Shown here: positions 44,247 to 53,771 of the stretch, piece after piece
Numbering within the stretch: position 1 is the stretch's first letter
Layout: every line of letters starts with the position of its first letter
Assembly: GCA_965214755.1 (NCBI GenBank)
Contig: OZ243979.1
Coordinates: 3,530,229-3,594,228 of the forward strand
Direction of reading: 5' to 3'
Length of the DNA stretch: 64,000 nt
DNA from: an uncultured Candidatus Binatia bacterium
Lineage (GTDB): Bacteria; Desulfobacterota; Binatia; Bin18
The notes under the pieces: generated by a model
Seen by the model: the letters and a program-made list of their open reading frames with translations, nothing else
Databases searched by the model: none
What the model was told of the DNA's origin: nothing
Translations under genes and position numbers: made by a program

Positions 44247-45914
44247 TCACCTCTCATACGGTCCCAAGAATCGTTCGCCGTTGAAGTGGATGAGATGCGT
44301 AGGCGCGTCAGCACACCAGACTTCGGTTTCCCAGGAAAGCTCTCCAAGGTAACGTGCCATGACGCCGCGATTGGGAAAGGCCGTTACATAGACCAGACCG
44401 GGCGTTGCGTCAGAAAACAATTTACCTAGTTCGTTATGACGCTTCGCATCAACGGGGCCGTGGCTGGTGACAGATTCAACAAGAAGCAACCAATCCTTTT
44501 TCCTGAAATACAGCACCACGTCCGGCATTTTTCCGTGCTGATCGACAGTAACTCCCAGCTCGGCAAGGCGTTGTTCCTGAAAATACCCGATCTTGTCTCC
44601 GGTATCGCCAACGTAAGTGACCTCGGCGGCTGGCGCGAAGCGTGGAGCAAATTCGGTGATGATGTCTTTGATCAACTCGGAATGCGCGCCCGGTGTTAAG
44701 TTGGTCTCCTGACCCTCGGCCACCTGAACCGGAATCATCTGCATCTTACGATGCTTCGCCCATTTTGCCGCGAGCGTTTCCCGCCCTGCGAAATATTCGT
44801 CGAGGACTGCCTGCCATGCATCAGTCCCGAACGTCTGGATAACGGCGAAAGCTTCTGCGCTGATCTGGTAGCAGGCTTTCGGGTTGTTGACGGGTCGATC
44901 TGGCTGATCGGGATTGTAAAGAGCGATGCCCGCTTCAACGAATTGATGTATAGTTTGCCGTCGGAAAGTCTCACGGGTGTTCGGGGCATATTCACGACCG
45001 TAATGCTCGCGGCAATACTCCATGATGGGCGTAATCCCCATGAGCGGTTTTTCTACCGTATCCCACGCGCCGCCTGGCTTGAGATTGAGAAGGGCTAACA
45101 AGGTGAGTGCGGATCGCTCGTTCTGTTGCCCCCTTGGCATACCAAGCGCCCGAACGATTTGAAGCGCCTCCTCGATCTTCTGTTGCGCTAAGAGTGGGTT
45201 TTCTTCATCTGTCATGAGTGCAAGCTCTCCCTCGATAAGATCGTCAATCTCCTGCCGGGAGAGTGCGGTCTTGCTCGTCTTTTTCCCGAGACGTTCCAGC
45301 GTCTCCCGAGTTGGATAGTGAAGCGAACGTAAATCCGCGGCGTTCACCTGGGTATGGCCGTTGAACTGACGGAAATAGTGATCAACAAGACTGCTGTTCA
45401 GATATACGCTCAGCCCATGCGCCAAGGATCGGGACACCCTTTTCTGGTTGGCGTGAAAAACATTGAGGTGATTCTCGAAACCCACCATCTCGCCCGGCAG
45501 CTCAGACGAGTAGACGGATGCAACGACGCGTCGCTTTTCTTCCTTTGAGGTGAAACGCCGTGTCACGACGAAGGGGCCTTCATTCGGATAGAGCCACCTG
45601 CGACTTTTCTCCGTCACAACAATGGCGTTTGGCTTCTTCATTGTCTTTGGCCATTCCAGCCGTCCGCCCTGAAAATGCGCAGCGTACAGCAGCGGCACAG
45701 TGCCTTCGCCCGGCCCGGCGCGTAAATCCTGACACAGCCGAAAATCGACGACCGGGCCAGTCGATACCTCCATACCCAAATCACTGAGCGATGCCGTGAA
45801 GTGGGCCATCCGATTGACGATTCCCTGTTCGAAGTCGGTCGAAGCGATATGCACAACCTTGTCAGGATCATCAGGCCCAATAACCGACGCGGAATCGACG
45901 ATCCGCTGTGTCAT
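44247..45914 (-). CDS. C-terminal (TRD) half of an N6-adenine DNA methyltransferase fused to a BsuBI/PstI-family restriction endonuclease
   Basis: First ~235 aa (..STGPVVDFR...FENHLNVF...) look like the target-recognition part of Eco57I/PstI-type methylases. The last ~320 aa (QQNERSALTLLALLNLKPG...LVESVTSHGPVD...) match my memory of the BsuBI_PstI_RE domains. Confidence 0.7.
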   Translation of the reverse strand: MTQRIVDSASVIGPDDPDKVVHIASTDFEQGIVNRMAHFTASLSDLGMEVSTGPVVDFRLCQDLRAGPGEGTVPLLYAAHFQGGRLEWPKTMKKPNAIVVTEKSRRWLYPNEGPFVVTRRFTSKEEKRRVVASVYSSELPGEMVGFENHLNVFHANQKRVSRSLAHGLSVYLNSSLVDHYFRQFNGHTQVNAADLRSLHYPTRETLERLGKKTSKTALSRQEIDDLIEGELALMTDEENPLLAQQKIEEALQIVRALGMPRGQQNERSALTLLALLNLKPGGAWDTVEKPLMGITPIMEYCREHYGREYAPNTRETFRRQTIHQFVEAGIALYNPDQPDRPVNNPKACYQISAEAFAVIQTFGTDAWQAVLDEYFAGRETLAAKWAKHRKMQMIPVQVAEGQETNLTPGAHSELIKDIITEFAPRFAPAAEVTYVGDTGDKIGYFQEQRLAELGVTVDQHGKMPDVVLYFRKKDWLLLVESVTSHGPVDAKRHNELGKLFSDATPGLVYVTAFPNRGVMARYLGELSWETEVWCADAPTHLIHFNGERFLGPYER

Positions 45915-46813
45915 GTCCTCAGCGACGTAAGCCTGAGATTCAGATCGAACGCGAAAGCCCCGACTCCGCTTGTCGTGATCCGAACTTGCGTGCCCGCGAC
46001 TCCCTTCACTGCGTGAATGATGATGTTTTCCTGCAGCACCTCATCGCCCTTAAAGGCAGCATCCCGTTGCTCGAAAACGTGGATATGCCGCAAGTTCATC
46101 AGCGAGAAGAACTGCTCTCGAAACGGTTTGAAGTACGGCCCGTTACAAAATGATCGGGGCACGATAGCGACCATTTCGCCGCCCTCGGTAAGACGCAGGG
46201 CGGCAAGAAACAGAAATCCGGTATAGAGGTTTGACGTTTCAATGCCCGCACGGCGGAGCGCTGATCGATGAGCCGATGCGGAACGAATCTTCTTGTACGG
46301 AGGATTCATGATCACATGCGTAAACGGCTTGTCCTCTGACTCTGCGCTCTGGAACAAACCTTCCTGCGAACCATGCGTATAGGACAGGATGAAGTCATCC
46401 GCATGGATCGTACCGTTCACATCGATCCCGACCGTCCGGCCCTGAATTTCAGCCTCATTCAGGGTTGATTCGAGATAGTCGATTAACACTGGTTCGATCT
46501 CATAACAGTCCAGCGAAACGGATTGAGGCTTCTTTGTTTCGTGTGAACACCGCTCGATAAAAGCAGCGGACCGGGAACCGATTCCCGCTCCGGGATCAAG
46601 CAGGCATACCTCACCGGAAACAATATCGAATAAACTCACCATGAAACGGCCAATAGAGACCGGGGTCATGTATTGGCCAAGGCCTGACCGTCTCTTGGGG
46701 TCGAGTTGTAAGGAAGCAGCAATGCGGTAGAAATCGGCGGTTTCGGCGCAATCCGGCTGCATCACATAGTTCCCGTATTTGAGGCCGGGATCTCCAATGC
46801 GGGATGGAAGCAT
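45911..46813 (-). CDS. N-terminal catalytic half of an N6-adenine DNA methyltransferase (gamma-type, NPPY)
   Basis: GQYMTPVSIGRFMV, LLDPGAGIGS (AdoMet site), VIMNPPYKK. ATG 46813 preferred over 46873 to avoid overlap with the neighbouring gene. Stop overlaps the next ORF start (ATGA at 45911-45914). Confidence 0.75.
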   Translation of the reverse strand: MLPSRIGDPGLKYGNYVMQPDCAETADFYRIAASLQLDPKRRSGLGQYMTPVSIGRFMVSLFDIVSGEVCLLDPGAGIGSRSAAFIERCSHETKKPQSVSLDCYEIEPVLIDYLESTLNEAEIQGRTVGIDVNGTIHADDFILSYTHGSQEGLFQSAESEDKPFTHVIMNPPYKKIRSASAHRSALRRAGIETSNLYTGFLFLAALRLTEGGEMVAIVPRSFCNGPYFKPFREQFFSLMNLRHIHVFEQRDAAFKGDEVLQENIIIHAVKGVAGTQVRITTSGVGAFAFDLNLRLTSLRT

Positions 46814-46824
46814 CTCTTCAACAA

Positions 46825-47706
46825 TCACACCCCTTGCGCCCGGTCCACGATTGGGGCCACGCGGTCGAGCCATTCGTGCGCTTTCCCGTCTGCAATCTCG
46901 GTACCCATCTGTTGGTTGAACACCACGACTCCGGCCACGCCGGCATCCTGATAGCGCTTCAGCGTATCCGCGGACAGGTTGCCGTTGTCCGGATCGATGA
47001 TAGGCGTCACCGGCACGCTGTCAGGGTCACGGCCCGCCTCTGTGACGAGCTTTCGGAGCTCTTCGATCTCGGCCCCCAACGCCTGTGGGTTCCACGCCAG
47101 CGGAAACCAGCCGTCGTAGGAACGCGCGACACGTTCCAGGGCTTTGGGACCGTGCGCGCCAAGTAACACCGGCGGACCGTTTGGCTGCGCCGGCTTGGGC
47201 TCGCAGCGGACCGCCGGGAATTGAACCAGTTCTCCGTCATAACCGGTCTCTTTCTGCGTCCACAGCAACCGCATGGCCTCGACGGTCTCGCGTAGGCGTC
47301 TCCAGCGCAGCCGAAATGAGGTCCCCATGAGCTCGGTTTCTTCACGCAGCCAGCCGCCGCCAATGCCCAAGATCACCCGGCCGTTGGAATACAAATCAAG
47401 GCTGGCAATCACCTTGGCCGTCATGAGCGGGTCACGTTCGGGCAGCAGACAAATCCCGGTGCCGAGTTTGATGCGATTCGTCACCCCGGCCGCTACGGTC
47501 AGCGCAATAAACGGATCAGCCCAACGATTATAGTGCTCCGGTAGAACGCCATCGTCCCCCCCAGGAAACGGCGTCGTATGCCCAACCGGGATGACCGGGT
47601 GTTCAGGAATCCATAGAGAGTCAAACCCCAGCGCCTCTGCCCTGCGGGCCACCGCGCTCAGGTCTCCGCTCTCCGCCGTCGCTGTCACCAGTACGCCAAC
47701 GTCCAT
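46825..47706 (-). CDS. LLM-class F420-dependent oxidoreductase
   Basis: ATG 47706 preceded by AAGGAGGGG. MDVGVLV...AEALGFDSLWIPEHP... Confidence 0.85.
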   Translation of the reverse strand: MDVGVLVTATAESGDLSAVARRAEALGFDSLWIPEHPVIPVGHTTPFPGGDDGVLPEHYNRWADPFIALTVAAGVTNRIKLGTGICLLPERDPLMTAKVIASLDLYSNGRVILGIGGGWLREETELMGTSFRLRWRRLRETVEAMRLLWTQKETGYDGELVQFPAVRCEPKPAQPNGPPVLLGAHGPKALERVARSYDGWFPLAWNPQALGAEIEELRKLVTEAGRDPDSVPVTPIIDPDNGNLSADTLKRYQDAGVAGVVVFNQQMGTEIADGKAHEWLDRVAPIVDRAQGV

Positions 47707-47889
47707 GATCCCCTCCTTAAATAATATGCGCCTCAAAACACCATATTCCCCACCTCTGGACAAGCCTTTCCTTGACAGGGTTCTCAAGCTCCAGATAGCC
47801 TTACACGCTATGCAGCGACACGGCCCCTTCGCCCTTTTTGTGTTCTCTTTCCTGTGTAGCGTTTCCTCTGTAGTGAGGAGCGCCCCCCA

Positions 47890-49179
47890 TTGAGTAGCTC
47901 CCCGTCCACACCCTCAGCGGTTGAAATCGAAAAGACTGACAAGACCCTTTTTGGTTGCTCCCTGCCCTATGCCTTCCGGGCGCTCGGCCATCGGAACTTT
48001 CGGCTTTTTTTTGTCGGCCAGTTTGTCTCCCGCACCGGCTTCTGGATGCAGAACATGGCCCAGGCCTGGCTGATCTATCGGCTGACCGAGTCCTCCCTGA
48101 TGCTCGGGCTGGTCGCCTTTGCCGGTCAGGTGCCGACCCTTCTGTTCGGGCTGCTGGCCGGGGTGGTTGCCGACCGCTTCAACCGCTACCGGGTCATTCT
48201 GATTGCCCTCTATCTCGCCATGTTGCAGGCCTTCGTGCTGGGTATTCTCACTATGAGTGAGTGGATTACCGCCTGGCAGGTCTTCGTCCTGGCCCTGGTT
48301 GCCGGCACGATTCAGGCCTTTGAGATGCCCGCCCGCCAGAGTTTTCTGATGGAGATCGTCGGCAAAGACGACCTGGCGAGTGCGATTGCCCTCAACTCTA
48401 CTCTGGTCAACGCGGCCCGGATTGTCGGTCCGGCCCTGGCCGGGCTGCTGGTGGCCCAGTTTGGCGAGGGCGTGTGCTTCACCTTTAATGGCTGTACCTT
48501 CCTAGCCATTATCGTGGGCTTTCTCGCCATGCGACTCCCCCCGCGAGTTGTTGAACCTCACCCCGCGCGATCAACCTCCACCTTTATTGGGGAAGGTATC
48601 CGCTATGCCCTGCGTACCCCGGCGATCCGGCTGTTGTTGATCCTGGTCAGCTTGCTCAGCCTGCTCAGTACCCCGTACACCGTTCTGATGCCGGTCTTTG
48701 CCGGCGATATTTTACACAGCGGGCCAAACGGTATGGGTCTACTGATGGGCGCGGCCGGCGCAGGAGCTGTGGTAGGCGCCCTGCTGATGGCCCGTCACCA
48801 AGGCACGGAACAGCTCGGCCGGGTCATGGCCTTTGCCTTTATTCGGTTTGGTCTTGGCCTCATCTTGTTCTCCCTGTCCCATAACTTCTGGCTGTCCATG
48901 CTCGTCCTGCCGCTTGTCGGCTCCGGCTTCATGGTGCCTATGGCCGCCACCAACACTTTGCTCCAGACATTATCGCCGGACCATCTGCGCGGGCGGATCA
49001 TGAGCCTGTTCTTTATCATGCTTATGGGGGCCACACCTCTCGCCAGTCTGTTGGCGGGTTTTCTGGCTCCCCTTATTGGTGCCCCACTGACGGTCGGCGG
49101 TACGGGCGTTCTATGTCTGCTCGTGTCGGCCTATGTCTTCCTGAAGCTGCATGTATTACGGGAAGCCCAGCGTTCCTAG
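47890..49179 (+). CDS. MFS transporter
   Basis: About 12 hydrophobic segments. N-terminal ALGHRNFRLFFVGQFVSRTGFWMQ is typical of the EntS/MFS_3 group. TTG start. Confidence 0.8.
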   Translation: MSSSPSTPSAVEIEKTDKTLFGCSLPYAFRALGHRNFRLFFVGQFVSRTGFWMQNMAQAWLIYRLTESSLMLGLVAFAGQVPTLLFGLLAGVVADRFNRYRVILIALYLAMLQAFVLGILTMSEWITAWQVFVLALVAGTIQAFEMPARQSFLMEIVGKDDLASAIALNSTLVNAARIVGPALAGLLVAQFGEGVCFTFNGCTFLAIIVGFLAMRLPPRVVEPHPARSTSTFIGEGIRYALRTPAIRLLLILVSLLSLLSTPYTVLMPVFAGDILHSGPNGMGLLMGAAGAGAVVGALLMARHQGTEQLGRVMAFAFIRFGLGLILFSLSHNFWLSMLVLPLVGSGFMVPMAATNTLLQTLSPDHLRGRIMSLFFIMLMGATPLASLLAGFLAPLIGAPLTVGGTGVLCLLVSAYVFLKLHVLREAQRS

Positions 49180-49203
49180 ACCCGGGGCCGGCTCTGGAGC
49201 GCC

Positions 49204-50187
49204 CTAGCCGACGGCATCGGCCTTTTTCTGCTGCAAGATCGGCAGGGCTTTCCGTGCAGCGGCCGACGATGGGGACGTCCTGCTGCTATTCACGATATAA
49301 ATGCCGACGCACACGCCGGCCACGCCGAGTAACTGGACCACGCCCATGTGTTCACTCAGCAGCAGCCAGCCGAAGAGCACGGCGAACACCGGGGTGAGAA
49401 ACGTCAGCGAGGCAACGCGCGTGGGCGAATGTCGCTGAATCAACCAGGCGTAGGCCACAAACCCGAAGGCCGCGGAAATCGTACTCAGATAGACAATGGA
49501 GACGACCACGCGGGTCGAGAGGAGAAACGGCTGATCCGCTTCAAACATCCAGGAGAATAGGGTCAGGATGGGCCAGGTGATCCAGGTCTGCCAACACACC
49601 AGCGCAACGGGATGAATCCGTCCTGCGACGCGCTTGGTGATAATGCCGGAGACGCCAATCGTCAGGGCCGAACTCAGGACAATGGCGTCGCCTATAAGTG
49701 CGTCGCTCAGGCCGCCGCCGAACTTGGCCGAGAAGAGGACGACGATGCCGCTAAAGGCCACGCCCAGGCCGCAGACCTTGCGGACCGTCAGGCGGTCCCC
49801 AGGCAGGAAAAAGGGTGCCAGCAGAGCGATAAAAATAGGCTGGGCGCTAAAGAATACGGCCGAACGGCCGGAGGTCGTGAGCGCGGTCCCCAGATAGACC
49901 GCCATATTGCCGTAGCAGAACAATATGCCCAGCAGACCCAATATCTTGAGTTCGCTCCAGCCAAAGCGGAGTTGCACCCGCTGATACCAGGCCAGAGCCA
50001 GGAGCACGACAGCCGTCACGCCGAACCGAAGGGCCGCGGCCCCAAGGGGCGGCATATCAAAAACCCCGACCTTGATCGCCACGAACGCCCCGCCCCAGAT
50101 CGCGCTCAGCAGCGCCGTCAGCGCAATCGCGGACAGCTCCAGCGGCCGGTCGTCCGTGTGCGGACTCGGTCTGGAGGACGCGCTCAC
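49204..50187 (-). CDS. DMT superfamily (EamA-type) transporter
   Basis: About ten hydrophobic segments in two EamA-like halves. GTG start overlaps the upstream stop (GTGA). Confidence 0.8.
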   Translation of the reverse strand: MSASSRPSPHTDDRPLELSAIALTALLSAIWGGAFVAIKVGVFDMPPLGAAALRFGVTAVVLLALAWYQRVQLRFGWSELKILGLLGILFCYGNMAVYLGTALTTSGRSAVFFSAQPIFIALLAPFFLPGDRLTVRKVCGLGVAFSGIVVLFSAKFGGGLSDALIGDAIVLSSALTIGVSGIITKRVAGRIHPVALVCWQTWITWPILTLFSWMFEADQPFLLSTRVVVSIVYLSTISAAFGFVAYAWLIQRHSPTRVASLTFLTPVFAVLFGWLLLSEHMGVVQLLGVAGVCVGIYIVNSSRTSPSSAAARKALPILQQKKADAVG

Positions 50188-50624
50188 GACCGCTCTTCTC
50201 GCTCCACAAAATGGATCAGCACGCCACCGGTGCTCTTGGGATGAATAAAGGCGACTTTGGAGCCGCGCGCGCCTGGGCGGCCCTTCTCGTCAAGGACGCG
50301 CAAGCCTTTGGCTTTGACCTCCTGAATGGCGGCGTCAATATCGTCCACCCGCACGGCAATATGATGGATGCCCTCGCCCCGTTTCGCTATCCAGCGCGAG
50401 ATGTCGCGCTGATCCGTCACCTTGTCGCCCAGGTCAGGCATCCGGTCCTGTAAAAACTCGAAGTCGGCCTCACCAATCCTGGCAAAGGCAATCCGCAGGC
50501 CCTCATACGGGTCGGCCTCCTCAAAGTCGTGGATTTCCAGCCCCAGGATATCTCCAAAGACGGTGAGGTAGGTATCGAGGTCTTTTACGGCTACGCCAAT
50601 ATGATCGATTTGACGGATATTCAT
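50184..50624 (-). CDS. methylmalonyl-CoA epimerase / VOC family protein
   Basis: IDHIGVAV.DLD....F...LG...., GEGIHHIAV.VDDI, FIHPKSTGGVLI. Confidence 0.75.
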   Translation of the reverse strand: MNIRQIDHIGVAVKDLDTYLTVFGDILGLEIHDFEEADPYEGLRIAFARIGEADFEFLQDRMPDLGDKVTDQRDISRWIAKRGEGIHHIAVRVDDIDAAIQEVKAKGLRVLDEKGRPGARGSKVAFIHPKSTGGVLIHFVEREERS

Positions 50625-50632
50625 ACGCGCTC

Positions 50633-52093
50633 CTAGATGTCATCAAGGGGAAAGACCGGCCGCCGGATTTTTTCATACGGCAAACGCGCATGCACCTGGG
50701 TTGCCAGCCCCGGCGTGTCCACGTCAATAAACGTGCTGGCGATGCCGGCAAAGCCGGCGCGGTGTTGCAGTTCGGATTTCACCGCCAGGATTTTCCGTTG
50801 GGTCGGTTCAATGCCCAGACTGCGGAAATGGTTGGCTTCAAAGCCGTGGGTCGGACGCGAGGTCAAAATCACCTCAACCCCGCCACAATCCACCACCGCG
50901 GTTGCCCCGCGTCGATACGTGCCCGCATTGAACGCGGTCGCCGCAGTATAGACTCCATCCTGAATGACGCGCACCCGGCCGCTGATCTCAACCGGCTCGC
51001 CGTGGAAGGTGTCTACCTTGCCGCCCACGCTGAGAGTGACCTGTTTGCCAATCCCGGCCCGGACAGCCTCCTGCACGGCTGCCGGATCGGTAATATTCCC
51101 GACCACCGCCCCCTGGGCGTTCTGCTTGAGCAGTTCCGCCAGCAGGACAGTCCCGTCGCCGGGCGTGCCGGCCCCGCCACTATCGGCCAGGTCTCCAAGC
51201 ACGACCAGGCCGTCCTCCGCTTCAATGGCCGCTCGCACGCCTTCCTCCACCGGAACCATGTCGGTATGAAACGCCTGCCGCTTGGCCCAGCAGGCTTCTT
51301 TCACACGCTCGGCAATATCGTGAGCCAGGGCCGGCTCGTTATTCGTGGTCACCGTCACATTGATGCCGGTCTCGGGAATGTCGGCACAGAAGAATCCGCC
51401 CAGCAACGACACATCAAGCACACGGGGATCACGTCCCAGGCAATGCGCCTGCCGCATCAGCGCCTCCATGGGCCAGCCGGGGGCGATATAGATTTTTTGC
51501 AGGGCCGGGGCCATGGCCGGTTGGGCCCGGGCAGATGTCGGCGTGACATTCCCGTCAAACATGCCGGCCATGACCCGAGCCGCCTGTTCGCCGCCGGGAA
51601 AAAAATCATAGTGTGGGTTGGTTTTCACACCAATCAGCATACTGGCCTGCTCAACCATCAGCGGGGTGGTATTGGAATGGCCATCCAGGGTAGCCAGGAT
51701 GGGCACCTTGTCGCCCAGAAACTCCCGGAGCGTTTTGAGCAAATCGCCTTCGCAGTCATCGCACTCGTCTGACACGGCCGTGCCGTGCAGTTGGAGAAAC
51801 ACGCCGTCCACCGGCGGCTGCTTGCGCAAAAGATCGAGAAAGCCGGCTTTGGCCGCTTCGTGCGCTTCCGTTGTCACCCGCCCCCCAACGCCGGGTACCA
51901 CGAACTGAAGCGGAACAAGGTCCCAGTGATGCTGCCGGGCTCCGTGCAGAAAGCCGGCAATCGAGCCCTGACTACCGCCTACCCGCAGCACCCGTTCTCC
52001 GCTCAGCGTTGCGCGCTGAAACCGATCCAGACCCATTCTCTGGGTTGCAAAGGTATTCACGGCGACCAGATATCCACCAACGGCTATCCGCAT
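50633..52093 (-). CDS. M81 family metallopeptidase (MlrC-like)
   Basis: MRIAVGGYLVAVNTF... N-terminus and ~490 aa length match my memory of the MlrC/DUF1485 family. Confidence 0.7.
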   Translation of the reverse strand: MRIAVGGYLVAVNTFATQRMGLDRFQRATLSGERVLRVGGSQGSIAGFLHGARQHHWDLVPLQFVVPGVGGRVTTEAHEAAKAGFLDLLRKQPPVDGVFLQLHGTAVSDECDDCEGDLLKTLREFLGDKVPILATLDGHSNTTPLMVEQASMLIGVKTNPHYDFFPGGEQAARVMAGMFDGNVTPTSARAQPAMAPALQKIYIAPGWPMEALMRQAHCLGRDPRVLDVSLLGGFFCADIPETGINVTVTTNNEPALAHDIAERVKEACWAKRQAFHTDMVPVEEGVRAAIEAEDGLVVLGDLADSGGAGTPGDGTVLLAELLKQNAQGAVVGNITDPAAVQEAVRAGIGKQVTLSVGGKVDTFHGEPVEISGRVRVIQDGVYTAATAFNAGTYRRGATAVVDCGGVEVILTSRPTHGFEANHFRSLGIEPTQRKILAVKSELQHRAGFAGIASTFIDVDTPGLATQVHARLPYEKIRRPVFPLDDI

Positions 52094-52515
52094 ATATGAC
52101 CTTCCTTCTCAATTTTCGCTCCCAGCCAGCTCTGAATCTCGTCCTCAATACTGTCTATCGAGCTCCACGTCACAAAATCCGGCCGACCCGTCGGGCGTTG
52201 GCGTTTGATATAGCGCACCCGTGTGTCGTCTTGCAGCAGGTCGAGCCGAGGACCGACCGGACAACTCGACATACACACCGCCTCGCGGACTTCCGCCACC
52301 CCTCCGAGCTGTCGTTCAGCAATGAGTTTCCGCGTCGCAGTCAGCAGCGTGAGCCCGGTATGGACACCAGGCGCAGCCTCGACGCTGCGGACCTTGACCT
52401 CAACCGTTCTGTTCGTACACTTGGTCTTGGTACAGATATGAATTTCGAGTTTTCCCACCAGCGTCCCGGTTCGTCTACGGTACTTTTCCGACCCCGTCCA
52501 CAAAGACATAGGCAT
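52084..52515 (-). CDS. thioredoxin-like [2Fe-2S] ferredoxin-domain protein (tentative)
   Basis: IHICTKTKC...VCMSSCPVGP cysteine pattern. Confidence 0.45.
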   Translation of the reverse strand: MPMSLWTGSEKYRRRTGTLVGKLEIHICTKTKCTNRTVEVKVRSVEAAPGVHTGLTLLTATRKLIAERQLGGVAEVREAVCMSSCPVGPRLDLLQDDTRVRYIKRQRPTGRPDFVTWSSIDSIEDEIQSWLGAKIEKEGHICG

Positions 52516-52577
52516 GGAAGAAATACAAGGGGAAGCACAACGACCCTATGACTCAACGAACCAGGAAAGGAACCCCT

Positions 52578-53696
52578 ATGCATCCAGACGACATCAAAGA
52601 ATACCGCCGCCGACACGTCCCCGTCTTTAATGACAATAAAATGAAGCTGGGTATTTTTGGTCAGAACTGTAGCTATGGCTGTACCATCACGCATGCCGAG
52701 TCCACCTTTGAGCCCACCTATGAACATAGTGTGCTGATTGCCCAGCAGGCCGATGACCTGGGATTCGAGCTCCTGGTGCCCGTCGGGCGATGGAAGGGCT
52801 TTGGCGGGAGCACCGATTTTAATGGCACCTGCATGGAGACCTATACCTGGGCCACGGCCATGGCCACCCAGACCAAAAACATCATGCTCTTCTCCACCTC
52901 GCACGTCCCGACCATTCATCCGATTATGGCCGCCAAGCAGGGCGCCACGATTGACCATATTTCCCACGGACGCTGGGGTTTGAACATCGTGTGCGGCTGG
53001 TTCTCGCCCGAGATGGAAATGTTTGCGGCCAAGCAGATGGAACACGACGAGCGCTATCGCTATGCCGGCGAGTGGCTCCAGGTTATCAAGCGCCTGTGGA
53101 CTGAGCAGAATTTTGATCACACCGGCGAGTTCTTTCAGGTCAAAGACGGCTATCTGCTGCCCAAGCCAGTCCAACAGCCCTATCCGGCTTTGATTAACGC
53201 TGGCTTCTCGCCCGCCGGCCAGGATTTCTCTGCGCGGGAAGTGGACTTTAATTTTATCCAGGTCGATACTCTGGAGCACGGCAAAGAGGTCGTCGCGGAT
53301 GTGAAGAAACAGGCCAATGCCTATAGGCGAGAGATCGGCATGATGTCCTACGGTTTTGTCGTCTGCCGCGACACGGAAAAAGAGGCCAAACAGGCCTATG
53401 ATTACGTCGTTGAAAAAGGGGACTGGACCGCGGCCCGCAATATCCTGAACCTCCTCGGCGTCGAGAGCCAGTCCTTCAGCGAAGCAACTCTCACCCAGTT
53501 TGCCGAACGTTTTATTGCCGGCTGGGGCGGCTATCCCCTGGTCGGCACGCCGGAGCAGGTCGTCGATGCAATGGTCAAAATCGCACACACCGGTATCGAA
53601 GGGCTGATTGTTTCCTGGCTGGATTATAACCAAGAGCTGAAGTATTTCGGCGAGCGCGTCATGCCGCTGATGCGCCAGGCCGGGCTACGGGAGTAA
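52578..53696 (+). CDS. LLM-class flavin-dependent monooxygenase
   Basis: ATG 52578 preceded by AGGAAAGGA. MKLGIFGQNCSYG.... is typical of the SsuD/RutA-like LLM group. Confidence 0.8.
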   Translation: MHPDDIKEYRRRHVPVFNDNKMKLGIFGQNCSYGCTITHAESTFEPTYEHSVLIAQQADDLGFELLVPVGRWKGFGGSTDFNGTCMETYTWATAMATQTKNIMLFSTSHVPTIHPIMAAKQGATIDHISHGRWGLNIVCGWFSPEMEMFAAKQMEHDERYRYAGEWLQVIKRLWTEQNFDHTGEFFQVKDGYLLPKPVQQPYPALINAGFSPAGQDFSAREVDFNFIQVDTLEHGKEVVADVKKQANAYRREIGMMSYGFVVCRDTEKEAKQAYDYVVEKGDWTAARNILNLLGVESQSFSEATLTQFAERFIAGWGGYPLVGTPEQVVDAMVKIAHTGIEGLIVSWLDYNQELKYFGERVMPLMRQAGLRE

Positions 53697-53771
53697 ACCT
53701 TTCTTCCCAGCTCTCGGCGTTGCCGTCTGACTCATTGCCCCGGCCCGCCCTTCGGCAGTACAATACCGTTT

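Noticed and set aside
46814-46873. Upstream start (46873) for the methyltransferase
   Set aside because: It would overlap the end of the LLM gene by 49 nt. ATG 46813 removes the overlap, though the true start remains uncertain.
52341-53633. 430-aa minus-strand ORF, with similar long antisense ORFs at 39269-40267, 50690-51772, 23134-23973, 55827-56780 and 10870-11439
   Set aside because: Each is antisense to a gene with clear family motifs. They have Arg/Gly/Pro-rich off-frame composition, typical of shadow ORFs in GC-rich DNA.
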